DNA of 64,000 nucleotides from NCBI GenBank assembly GCA_048941285.1, contig JBHLNS010000010.1, positions 20,177-84,176 on the forward strand, written 5' to 3'. The position numbers and the translations under genes were made by a program. The notes beneath the pieces were generated by a model. It saw only the letters and a program-made list of their open reading frames with translations. It was not told the origin of the DNA and did not search any database. The stretch is from Promethearchaeota archaeon (GTDB lineage: Archaea > Asgardarchaeota > Lokiarchaeia > Sigyniarchaeales > SOKP01). Below are positions 56,358 to 64,000 of this stretch, one piece after another (the first letter of the stretch is position 1; the number at the start of each line of letters is the position of its first letter).

Positions 56358-56656
56358 AATAAATTAGAACTAGTTTATTAACAAGATTAAAATAAAATAT
56401 TTTTAAAAAAAACAATGTTAATGAGATATATAATCCAAGCCCCTCAAGGTGATGAGAATTTCACTTTTTTGAGCTTCTAAATTTTCTATTCTCTTTTTAA
56501 AAATATCAAATTTTGTTATTTCATATAATTCCTTGGTAGAAGCAATTTGTTTATTAATTTCGTGAATAAAAGTTTGTATCATAATAGAATTTTTGATATA
56601 ATAAATTTAAAGGAAAAGGTACAATCTTACCCAATAGACATTTAAGGTAATTTTTT

Positions 56657-57478
56657 CTAAAGAAAAAAATCTTGATAAAGTTCAGCCTTGAGATCAACTG
56701 AAAATTTTTGTAAATCAGTTATACCATGTTCGATAAGAATTTCTTCATCAATAAAGAAATTTCCCGTGTAATGTTCACTTGGTTTTGTAAAAATAATATA
56801 AGCTGCATCAGCTACGATTTCTGGAGTCCTTGAATGCTTAATTGTGGATTCCCCACCTAACAAATTTTTCACAGCTGCAGTTGCTATAGGAGTGCGAGGC
56901 CATAAAGCATTAACAGCAATCCTATCTTTCTTAAATTCTTCAGCCATTCCTAAAACACACATACTCATTCCATATTTAGAAATTGTATATGCTACGTTAT
57001 TTTTAAACCATTTTGAGTCTAAATTTAAAGGAGGTGATAAATTTAATATATGAGGGTTTTCTGCTTTTTGCAAGTAAGGGATACATAACTTTGAGCATAA
57101 AAAAGTTCCTCTAACATTAACTGAAAACATTAGATCAAATCGTTTCATCTCAAGCTCTAAGGTGGGTGATAGATTTATGGCACTTGCGTTATTTACAAGA
57201 ATATCAATACCCCCAAATTCTTTTACGGTAGCTTCAATGGCAATTTGAACCTGATCTTCATATCTGATATCTGTTATACAAGGGAGAGCATTACCTCCCG
57301 CTGAGATTATATCTTCAACGGCGCTATATACTGTTCCTGGCAATTTTGGATGAGGATCTTTCGTTTTCGCAACTACTGCTATATTTGCTCCATCACGAGC
57401 TGCTCTTAAGGCAATAGCTTTGCCAATTCCCCTACTGGCACCAGTAATGAAGAGAGTTTTCCCTTTTAAAGATTTCAT
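56657..57478 (-). CDS. SDR family oxidoreductase (HSDL2-like)
   Basis: TGASRGIGKAIA, NNAS, YTISK, PHPKLPGTVYS loop. Confidence 0.85.
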   Translation of the reverse strand: MKSLKGKTLFITGASRGIGKAIALRAARDGANIAVVAKTKDPHPKLPGTVYSAVEDIISAGGNALPCITDIRYEDQVQIAIEATVKEFGGIDILVNNASAINLSPTLELEMKRFDLMFSVNVRGTFLCSKLCIPYLQKAENPHILNLSPPLNLDSKWFKNNVAYTISKYGMSMCVLGMAEEFKKDRIAVNALWPRTPIATAAVKNLLGGESTIKHSRTPEIVADAAYIIFTKPSEHYTGNFFIDEEILIEHGITDLQKFSVDLKAELYQDFFL

Positions 57479-57615
57479 TTAAATCAAGCAAATTTTCTTA
57501 TAATTAATTTTAGTTAACTTTGTTATTTTCTATTTTAACTAATCTTTTATATTTTATAGTAATAATTCATAAGAAAAAGGTTTAAACACATTTTTAACAT
57601 ATTTTACTCATAATA

Positions 57616-58104
57616 ATGGCAGATTTGAATCCCGAAAAATTGCATGTTGTTTATAAAGATTCGGTTGATGCTGATAGATTAGTTTTGCCTCGTAAATATA
57701 CATTAACACATTCTGATTCAACTGGAGAGCTTTTCCTTACAATAGGAATTGAATATGATTATGAACAAATTTCAAGTTTTTATACTCGATTTATGAGAGA
57801 CGAGGTATTAGCTGAATGGCAAAAGAAGGAAAAAGATTTTGAACTCCATTTCTACTTACATGTGAGTGGTGGTTTTTGCTTCGGATGGCCAAGATTACGA
57901 GATAGAATCTTTCGATATCACCTACCCCTTGTTTTTGAAGCAGTTAGATATGGAGATAAGAAATTATTTGAAGAAATGCCAGAAATCAAGGATTCACAAA
58001 TTATTGTACATTTTCAATCGAATAGAAAGAAATATAATCTTATTGAAAATTTCGGACAATTTTGCGAGATCCCCGTTAAGAATTATAGAATATTCACTCA
58101 ATAG
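57616..58104 (+). CDS. Staygreen (SGR) family protein, Mg-dechelatase homologue
   Basis: Collinear with plant SGR landmarks: LPRKYTLTHSDSTGELFLTIG, RDEVLAEW, LHFYLHVSGG, RDRIFRYHLPLVFEAVRYGDKKLFEEMPEI, IIVHFQSN..YNLIENFG. Confidence 0.8.
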   Translation: MADLNPEKLHVVYKDSVDADRLVLPRKYTLTHSDSTGELFLTIGIEYDYEQISSFYTRFMRDEVLAEWQKKEKDFELHFYLHVSGGFCFGWPRLRDRIFRYHLPLVFEAVRYGDKKLFEEMPEIKDSQIIVHFQSNRKKYNLIENFGQFCEIPVKNYRIFTQ

Positions 58105-58190
58105 GTTTAAGATTTATAATTGTTTAACCTAACCTGATTAATAAATTATTAACATTGCCTACTTAAGATTCAATTTTCATATCTAGTAAT

Positions 58191-58796
58191 ATGAATGAAA
58201 TAAGTAAATTAGTTGAACAAGGATATAATAAAATTGCTGATGAATATTATACTTATAGAGATATTAACAAATTTGATAACGAGCTAAGAAAATTTGCGTC
58301 TCTCCTTCCACATAATGCTCATATATTAGATGTAGGATGTGGAGCCGGTATTCCTACTGCCAAATTCTTAGTAGAAAAAGGGATTCAAGTTACAGGAATT
58401 GATCTATCTCAAACAATGTTGAACCTAGCTCGAGAGAATGTACCTAATGCTCAATTTATTAAAATGGATATGAATGAACTTGAATTTAAAGAAAATACGT
58501 TTAATGGAATTATAAGTGTATATACTTTATTCCATGTTCCTAAGAAGAATCATTTCGAAATATTCAAAAGATTTCATAAAATATTGAAGCCTGGCGGTAT
58601 TTTGTTAATGAACACCGGTATCTTAGAATCAGAAGGAACCAGCATTTTTTTCGGTGTTCCAATGTTTTGGAGTAATCTCAATCCAAAAACAACTCTCGAT
58701 CTCGTAAAAAGTGCAGGATTCTCTATAATTTCTGAAGCGATTTTAGAAAGAGGTGGAGAATATCAATATTGGATTTTTGGAAAAAAAATTAAATGA
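58191..58796 (+). CDS. class I SAM-dependent methyltransferase
   Basis: ILDVGCGAGIPTAKF motif I, and LKPGGILLMN. Confidence 0.8.
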   Translation: MNEISKLVEQGYNKIADEYYTYRDINKFDNELRKFASLLPHNAHILDVGCGAGIPTAKFLVEKGIQVTGIDLSQTMLNLARENVPNAQFIKMDMNELEFKENTFNGIISVYTLFHVPKKNHFEIFKRFHKILKPGGILLMNTGILESEGTSIFFGVPMFWSNLNPKTTLDLVKSAGFSIISEAILERGGEYQYWIFGKKIK

Positions 58797-58894
58797 TAAT
58801 TTTTCTTTTACGATTTTTATCTTTTTAGATATTTATTCTATAAATTAAAGAAAGAATTTTTTTTAATAACTATAACTTCTATTTATCCAGAATT

Positions 58895-60130
58895 ATGATA
58901 TTATTTAGTATTAGAAATGCATTTAGGAAAAAATTAATCGCGATACTTGCTGCTATTGGTGTCGGATTTGGATTAATGTTAGTTTTTGTGATTGGTGCAT
59001 TCACAGCAGGCGTTACTGCTCAGTTTCAAGATAGTCTTACAAGAACTTTGGGTATTGTAAGTGTTACTGAGAAATTTCAACAAGGAGCAGAGAGTCATCT
59101 TCCATTAAGCCTTCCTCAAGAGATTCAAGATACTCCAAATGTTGGGGAATATATATTAAGCTATAATGTTGAAACTCAAACTCCAGATTATTTTACTTCA
59201 GAATATTGGGGTAATTTAAGTACTTTTGGAGATAGACTCATTTTAAAAGGACTTAATTCTACAATAGATAGTAATTGGGAAGGTGTTACAACAAAAATTA
59301 TCGAAGGAAGAACTTTTGATCCTAAGAAAAATGAAACTATAATAGATTCCCGATTATTAGATATTGCAGATTTTCCAGTATCAATAGGCAGTAATATTAC
59401 ACTCAGTTTGGATTTAAGTGGAAATAAAACTTCAATTCTAACAATAGTAGGGATATATGAACAGGAAGACACAGGAGCTCCCTCATTTGTTCCCAGAGAT
59501 TATTATATTTATACAGATATGCAGACTACGTGGAATTTTCTCAATATAGCAGGTGAAACAAGTAATAAATACACTTTGATATATCTTAGATTTAATGTTA
59601 AAGGGCATAAAGATACAGATGAGTTGGTAAAAAGGATTAATGATTATTCAGAAGATGATGGATATGCGCCGTTATATGTGACAGCATTTTCACTTGCTAC
59701 TTTTCTTCAGGAAATAGAGGATACATTTAGGATCTTTGACTCATTCACAGCAGTTTTAGGCTTTATTGTTGTTCTTTCAGGAGGAATGGCAATAATTGTA
59801 ACTCAATTGATGTCGGTTTCATCTCGTATGAAAGAATTTGCTATTCTTAAAGCAACAGGATGGAAAAATCGTCACATTTTCAAGGATGTAATTTATGAAT
59901 CTCTAACACTAGGCATCTTGGGAGCCGTTATTGGATTATCGATCGGTATTTTGCTTATTTTCCTCTTAGGTGGAGGTTTATTGCCATTTGGAGGTGTTTC
60001 AGCTATGGTTACATGGAGAGGTGTTATAGAAATAATTGTCTATGCTCTCGGCTTAGGTATTGTTGGAGGATTATATCCAGGCATAAAAGCATCCAGAGTA
60101 AGACCCGTAGTGGTCTTAAAAGGAGAATAG
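58895..60130 (+). CDS. ABC transporter permease, FtsX/MacB type
   Basis: N-terminal TM, a large periplasmic-type domain, and a C-terminal FtsX-like 3-TM bundle ending GLYPGIKASRVRPVVVLK. Confidence 0.8.
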   Translation: MILFSIRNAFRKKLIAILAAIGVGFGLMLVFVIGAFTAGVTAQFQDSLTRTLGIVSVTEKFQQGAESHLPLSLPQEIQDTPNVGEYILSYNVETQTPDYFTSEYWGNLSTFGDRLILKGLNSTIDSNWEGVTTKIIEGRTFDPKKNETIIDSRLLDIADFPVSIGSNITLSLDLSGNKTSILTIVGIYEQEDTGAPSFVPRDYYIYTDMQTTWNFLNIAGETSNKYTLIYLRFNVKGHKDTDELVKRINDYSEDDGYAPLYVTAFSLATFLQEIEDTFRIFDSFTAVLGFIVVLSGGMAIIVTQLMSVSSRMKEFAILKATGWKNRHIFKDVIYESLTLGILGAVIGLSIGILLIFLLGGGLLPFGGVSAMVTWRGVIEIIVYALGLGIVGGLYPGIKASRVRPVVVLKGE

Positions 60131-60134
60131 TGAG

Positions 60135-60851
60135 GTGTTAATGATTGAACTTATAAAGTTAAAAGATGTTAGTAAAATTTATGGTGAAGAAAGAACTACA
60201 ATTAAAGCATTGGATCGTATTAACCTAGAAATTGAAGAGGGAAATATTATTACGGTAATGGGACCTTCGGGAAGCGGGAAAAGTACTTTATTAAATATAC
60301 TTGGAGCTATGGATAAACCCACATCTGGAGAAGTTTTGGTTAATAACATTGAGATAGGAGGATTGCCTGAAAGAAAATTGTCCAATTATCGCAAATCCCA
60401 AGTAGGGTTTATTTTTCAGAATTTTTATTTATTGCCAAATCTGAATGTCATAGAAAACGTTCTTGTCCCTATAGTCCCCTTTGGGATTAAAGAAAAAGAC
60501 CGTAAAAAAGCGCAAGAATTATTAGAAATCGTTGGATTAGGTGAAAGAGCGAATAGTAAAGTAAGTAAGCTCTCGGGCGGGGAATCTCAAAGAGTTGCTG
60601 TTGCTCGTGCATTAATTAATAATCCCAAGGTAATATTAGCTGACGAACCAACGGGAAATTTAGATACTGAAACCGGAAAATCAATAGTAGAGCTCTTAAT
60701 AAAATTAGCTGAAAGTGGAAAAACTTTGATTATTGTTACGCATGATCCCAGAGTTGTATCATTAGTTGCTAACCATCCACTCGGTAAAAACATTTGGATA
60801 AAGGATGGGCAATTAAGCGATCAACCTACCTACGATCTAAATTGCTGGTAA
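60135..60851 (+). CDS. ABC transporter ATP-binding protein (MacB/LolD-like)
   Basis: GPSGSGKST, LSGGESQRVAVARAL, ILADEPTGNLD; 4-nt gap after the permease. Confidence 0.9.
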   Translation: MLMIELIKLKDVSKIYGEERTTIKALDRINLEIEEGNIITVMGPSGSGKSTLLNILGAMDKPTSGEVLVNNIEIGGLPERKLSNYRKSQVGFIFQNFYLLPNLNVIENVLVPIVPFGIKEKDRKKAQELLEIVGLGERANSKVSKLSGGESQRVAVARALINNPKVILADEPTGNLDTETGKSIVELLIKLAESGKTLIIVTHDPRVVSLVANHPLGKNIWIKDGQLSDQPTYDLNCW

Positions 60852-61041
60852 GATATCAATAGTTTTGAAAAACTCATTTTTTTGATGAATTTTAAATTTT
60901 CCTTATTTATTTTAATATTTTACATTTTCACATAAGGTAAATTTTCATTTAAAAACCTTGAATTAATAAATTATGTTGAAAATAATTTTATGATAAAATG
61001 TCTGAATAAAAAATAAATAAAATTAAAAAAATGTGATATAA

Positions 61042-61839
61042 ATGGAAGGAAGACTAGATTCTGACATAACATTTCCTTATTTGCGAAAATTTAATTTAAT
61101 AATGGGTTTTTTACACCTTATCCAAGCTAGTTTAATGTTAACCTTAGCCCTGGTTGTTCCTCAAATAAGGGATTTTGAGCTCCCAATTACCACTGCATTT
61201 TTAGAATACGATCCTATGTTAGAGATATTGATCCCAAATTATACTCAGTTGACTACAATACCAATAGGACCTATTGTATCCTCATTTCTTTTCATATCGT
61301 CAATAGCTCATTTTTTAATCGTATTACCACGAGTTAATGATTTCTATAATGAAAAATTGAAACTAGGAATCAATTATTTTCGATGGTTTGAATATGCTTT
61401 AAGTTCATCCGTAATGATTGTCCTTATTTCGATGTTTTTTGGAGTTTATGACTTAGGAAGCTTAATTGTTATTTTCTCAATTAATGCTACGATGAATTTA
61501 TTGGGATTGATGATGGAATTGCATAATCAAACAACCGAGAAAACTAGATGGACAGCTTTCTACATCGGGGTTTTTGCAGGAATTATCCCATGGGTCATAA
61601 TTTTAATCTATTTGTTTGGAAATGGTAATATTGGTGAAATTCCGTGGTTTGTCTGGGCTATTTTTGGTTCGTATTTCTTTTTCTTTAATACCTTTCCAAT
61701 CAATATGATTTTACAGTATAAGAAAACCGGTAAATGGAGAGATTATTTGTATGGGGAAAGAGGATATATACTTCTGAGCTTAATTTCTAAAAGTTTGTTA
61801 GCATGGCTAGTGTTTGCAGGTGTCTTACAACCAGCATAA
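61042..61839 (+). CDS. heliorhodopsin
   Basis: 265 aa, 7 TM. It carries FLHLIQ (His25), IAHFLIV (His90), FRWFEYALSSSVMIVLI (Glu117), IIPWVIILIY, LQYKKTGKWRDYLYGERGYILLSLISKSLLAW (Lys250), and ends ...GVLQPA. It is collinear with HeR-48C12 as I recall it. Confidence 0.85.
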   Translation: MEGRLDSDITFPYLRKFNLIMGFLHLIQASLMLTLALVVPQIRDFELPITTAFLEYDPMLEILIPNYTQLTTIPIGPIVSSFLFISSIAHFLIVLPRVNDFYNEKLKLGINYFRWFEYALSSSVMIVLISMFFGVYDLGSLIVIFSINATMNLLGLMMELHNQTTEKTRWTAFYIGVFAGIIPWVIILIYLFGNGNIGEIPWFVWAIFGSYFFFFNTFPINMILQYKKTGKWRDYLYGERGYILLSLISKSLLAWLVFAGVLQPA

Positions 61840-61963
61840 TTCAAATTAACTAAACGAATTTTTTTCTAATTTATTTTCTATAATAATAAGTTTTTTCATG
61901 TCTTAAAAATAATAATCATTAATTACAAAGTATTCAGATTCAATAGATTTCAGATTTTCTAAA

Positions 61964-62815
61964 ATGGAAAAAGAAGAACTATTACATTGTTTAAATTGTG
62001 GCAGAAAATTAAGTGCTGAGAATAAAGTTAGCAATAATTTTTGCGCTGAATGCGTTCTAGGTTTAGATTTTCGAATAACTGATTTAAATCATAAAGAAAT
62101 TGATATTTATCTTCAGAAGATATTAGATTTTTTCATTTCAGATGTAAATGTCGCTTTTAACAAAGATCCTGCAGCAAAGTCTCTTATCGAGGTATTAACA
62201 AGTTATCCAGGAATTAAAGCTGTTCTATTATACCGTATAGCACACTTTTTTTGGAAAATGGGAATGCCCTTTATTCCAAGGTATATATCTGAGATCGCAA
62301 GAGAGTTAACAGGCATAGAAATTCATCCAGGTGCAGAAATAGGAAAAGATTTCTTTATAGATCATGGAACTGGTTGTGTTATTGGTGAAACTACTGTTAT
62401 AGGAAATAATGTTACAATATTTTCAGGTGTAGTTTTAGGAGGCACAAATATTGATCCTGTAAAAAGGCATCCTACTTTAGGTAATAATGTAGTTGTAGGG
62501 ACTGGAGCTAAAATTCTTGGACCTGTTAATGTTGGAGATAATGTAAAAATTGGTGCAAATTCTGTTGTAGTAACTGATGTACCACCAAATTCAGTAGTAG
62601 TGGGTGTACCCGGGAAAATTATTTCGAGAGAAGGTGAAAAAATAGAAAAAATAGATTTACGGCACGGTGATTTACCTGATCCCCTAACACTCACAATAAA
62701 AACTTTGGATAAAAGAATAAAAGAATTGGAGAACAGAGTTCTTGATCAAACGGAAAAGGAAAAGAAGAAAGATGATATTGAAATTTACTATGGAGAATAT
62801 GGTCATGGAATTTAG
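61964..62815 (+). CDS. cysE: serine O-acetyltransferase with an N-terminal zinc ribbon
   Basis: DPAAKSLIEVLTSYPGIKAVLLYRIAH, TGIEIHPGAEIG..FFIDHGTGCVIGET, and the hexapeptide-repeat region KRHPTLGNNVVVGTGAKILG; N-terminal CLNCG..CAEC; C-terminal ...YGHGI. Confidence 0.85.
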   Translation: MEKEELLHCLNCGRKLSAENKVSNNFCAECVLGLDFRITDLNHKEIDIYLQKILDFFISDVNVAFNKDPAAKSLIEVLTSYPGIKAVLLYRIAHFFWKMGMPFIPRYISEIARELTGIEIHPGAEIGKDFFIDHGTGCVIGETTVIGNNVTIFSGVVLGGTNIDPVKRHPTLGNNVVVGTGAKILGPVNVGDNVKIGANSVVVTDVPPNSVVVGVPGKIISREGEKIEKIDLRHGDLPDPLTLTIKTLDKRIKELENRVLDQTEKEKKKDDIEIYYGEYGHGI

Positions 62816-62855
62816 AAACTATTAATAAAATTATAAAAAAAAAAGTGTTAGATAT

Positions 62856-63782
62856 ATGGGAATATATAATAATATAATTGAGACCATTGGCAAAACTCCG
62901 CTAGTGAAATTGAATAAAATTGCTGAGAATATTAAACCTTCAATATATGCAAAATTAGAATATTTCAATCCAGGAGGCAGTGTGAAGGATAGAATAGCAA
63001 TGTCAATGATTGAAAGAGCGGAGGAAGAAGGATTGATATCTCAAGATACTGTTATAGTAGAACCCACTTCAGGTAATACAGGAATTGGATTAGCCCTTGT
63101 TTGTGCAGCTAAGGGATATAGATTAATCCTTACAATGCCAGATAGCATGTCTATAGAAAGACGGCAGATTTTAAAAGCATTTGGGGCAGAATTAGAATTA
63201 ACTCCTGCTTCGGGAGGCATGAAAGGTGCTATCGAAAAAGCAGAAGAGCTGTCAAAAGAAAGAGGGAAAGTTTTTATTCCACAACAATTTAAAAATTTGG
63301 CTAACCCTGAAATTCATAGAAGAACTACTGCTAAAGAGATATTTAATGATTTAGCGGGACAAATTGATGGGTTTGTAGCGGGTGTAGGAACAGGTGGAAC
63401 AATTACTGGAGTTGGCGAGATTCTAAAGGATAGAGTAGGAGCAAGATTAAAAGTATATGCCGTAGAACCCAAAGATTCGCCTGTATTGTCTGGAGGTAGT
63501 CCTGGCCCCCATAAAATTCAAGGAATTGGAGCGGGATTTATTCCAGAAGTGTTAAACACAATGATATACGATAAAGTAATAACAGTAGATTATGAAGATG
63601 CTTTAGCTACAGCTAGAAAACTTGCACGCTTGGAAGGGATTTTTGTTGGAATATCCTCTGGAGCGAATGCGTGGGCTACTTTATATGAAGTTTCAAAGGA
63701 TTTCGGAAAAGGAGAAAATATAGTAGTAATTTTACCTGATACAGGAGAAAGATATCTTACGACTGATGTATTTAAATTCTAA
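62856..63782 (+). CDS. cysK: cysteine synthase A (O-acetylserine sulfhydrylase)
   Basis: GGSVKDR PLP-lysine motif, [22 protein letters not shown]. Confidence 0.9.
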   Translation: MGIYNNIIETIGKTPLVKLNKIAENIKPSIYAKLEYFNPGGSVKDRIAMSMIERAEEEGLISQDTVIVEPTSGNTGIGLALVCAAKGYRLILTMPDSMSIERRQILKAFGAELELTPASGGMKGAIEKAEELSKERGKVFIPQQFKNLANPEIHRRTTAKEIFNDLAGQIDGFVAGVGTGGTITGVGEILKDRVGARLKVYAVEPKDSPVLSGGSPGPHKIQGIGAGFIPEVLNTMIYDKVITVDYEDALATARKLARLEGIFVGISSGANAWATLYEVSKDFGKGENIVVILPDTGERYLTTDVFKF

Positions 63783-63851
63783 TAAAGCAAAAATTAAATT
63801 ACAAGCTTTAACATTACTTCTTATAAATATTTGATTTTTACTTAAATAATT

Positions 63852-64000
63852 ATGCCAGAACTACCAGAAGTAGAAACATTCAAGCATTATTTTGATGAGA
63901 CTTCTTTAAACCAAACAATTAGTTCATTGAAAATAATAGATAATAGAATTTTGAATGCTAACGAGTCAGAACTGAGAAAGTTAGTAATAAATAATAAATT
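63852..64000 (+). CDS. Fpg/Nei-family DNA glycosylase, N-terminal fragment (runs off the window end)
   Basis: Begins MPELPEVETFKHYF..., the invariant PELPEVE catalytic N-terminus of the Fpg/Nei family. Confidence 0.75.
   Translation, partial: MPELPEVETFKHYFDETSLNQTISSLKIIDNRILNANESELRKLVINNK

Noticed and set aside
56418-56582. 54-codon minus-strand ORF (MIQTFIHEINKQIASTKELYEITKFDIFKKRIENLEAQKSEILITLRGLDYISH*) in the 300-bp gap upstream of the SDR gene
   Set aside because: It has no GGAGG-type ribosome-binding site, no recognisable family and a composition typical of AT-rich DNA. It might be a real small helical protein, but there is not enough evidence to call it.
864-62694. Many ORFs in the six-frame track lie antisense to, or nested in, stronger genes (e.g. 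864-1061-, 3191-3562+, 4054-4293+, 4793-4984+, 6071-6283+, 6635-6943-, 10435-10617+, 10716-10931+, 12359-12604+, 13177-13383+, 16069-16374-, 20525-20740-, 21224-21406+, 21350-21571-, 22301-22576-, 23114-23338-, 25073-25351+, 27985-28197-, 28673-28945-, 31092-31439-, 33844-34113+, 34543-34746+, 36577-36786+, 38430-38636-, 40822-41016+, 41465-41653-, 42250-42459+, 42436-42621-, 48159-48380-, 50768-51007-, 51481-51681+, 56844-57053+, 57866-58132+, 59188-59472-, 60179-60385-, 60587-60793-, 62362-62694-)
   Set aside because: Each overlaps a longer ORF whose product has clear family motifs or membrane-protein character. Their own translations are low-complexity or motif-free, as expected for shadow ORFs in AT-rich DNA.
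1-64000. Search for mobile elements, prophage, rRNA/tRNA genes or CRISPR arrays as the source of the accessory character
   Set aside because: There are no integrase, transposase, terminal inverted repeats, GC-rich structured-RNA islands or repeat-spacer arrays in any intergenic region I read. All gaps are short and AT-rich.

Overview
This is an AT-rich (about 30% G+C, judged by eye) and densely coding prokaryotic chromosome segment. I support about 65 CDS and saw no rRNA, tRNA, CRISPR array, integrase or transposase. The gene content points to an Asgard-type (Loki-like) archaeon: a Ras/Rab-like small GTPase, a tandem eukaryote-style SH3 protein, a heliorhodopsin, Lrp/AsnC and multi-wHTH regulators, oligo-T tracts after genes and GGAGG-type ribosome-binding sites. 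Taxonomy cannot be proven from the window alone. The region looks accessory and metabolic, with many polytopic membrane proteins, methyltransferases, SDRs, MBL hydrolases and detoxification-type enzymes. The candidates most worth follow-up are: (i) a co-directional block at 57.6-63.8 kb with a Staygreen (Mg-dechelatase family) homologue, a methyltransferase, a MacB-type ABC pair, a heliorhodopsin with an intact Schiff-base lysine, and an atypical CysE (N-terminal zinc ribbon, conserved CysK-docking tail) plus CysK; (ii) a glycan-degradation locus at 15.4-29.8 kb (membrane-anchored PL11 rhamnogalacturonan-lyase homologue, GH3, HGSNAT-like acetyltransferase, ThuA plus Gfo/Idh/MocA pair, flavoenzymes, and a large unassigned exo-protein); (iii) an uncharacterised, tightly packed operon of a 31-codon micro-ORF, three tandem paralogous membrane proteins and an HTH_34-type regulator, next to an ABC exporter; (iv) two paralogous acidic surface proteins with DxDxDG calcium-loop-like motifs followed by a triple-wHTH protein; (v) four ICMT-family membrane methyltransferase paralogues, one of them frameshifted. 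All functional calls come from motif and family recognition by eye on the supplied translations. No database search or computation was run, so family assignments are hypotheses to confirm with HMM or structure searches.
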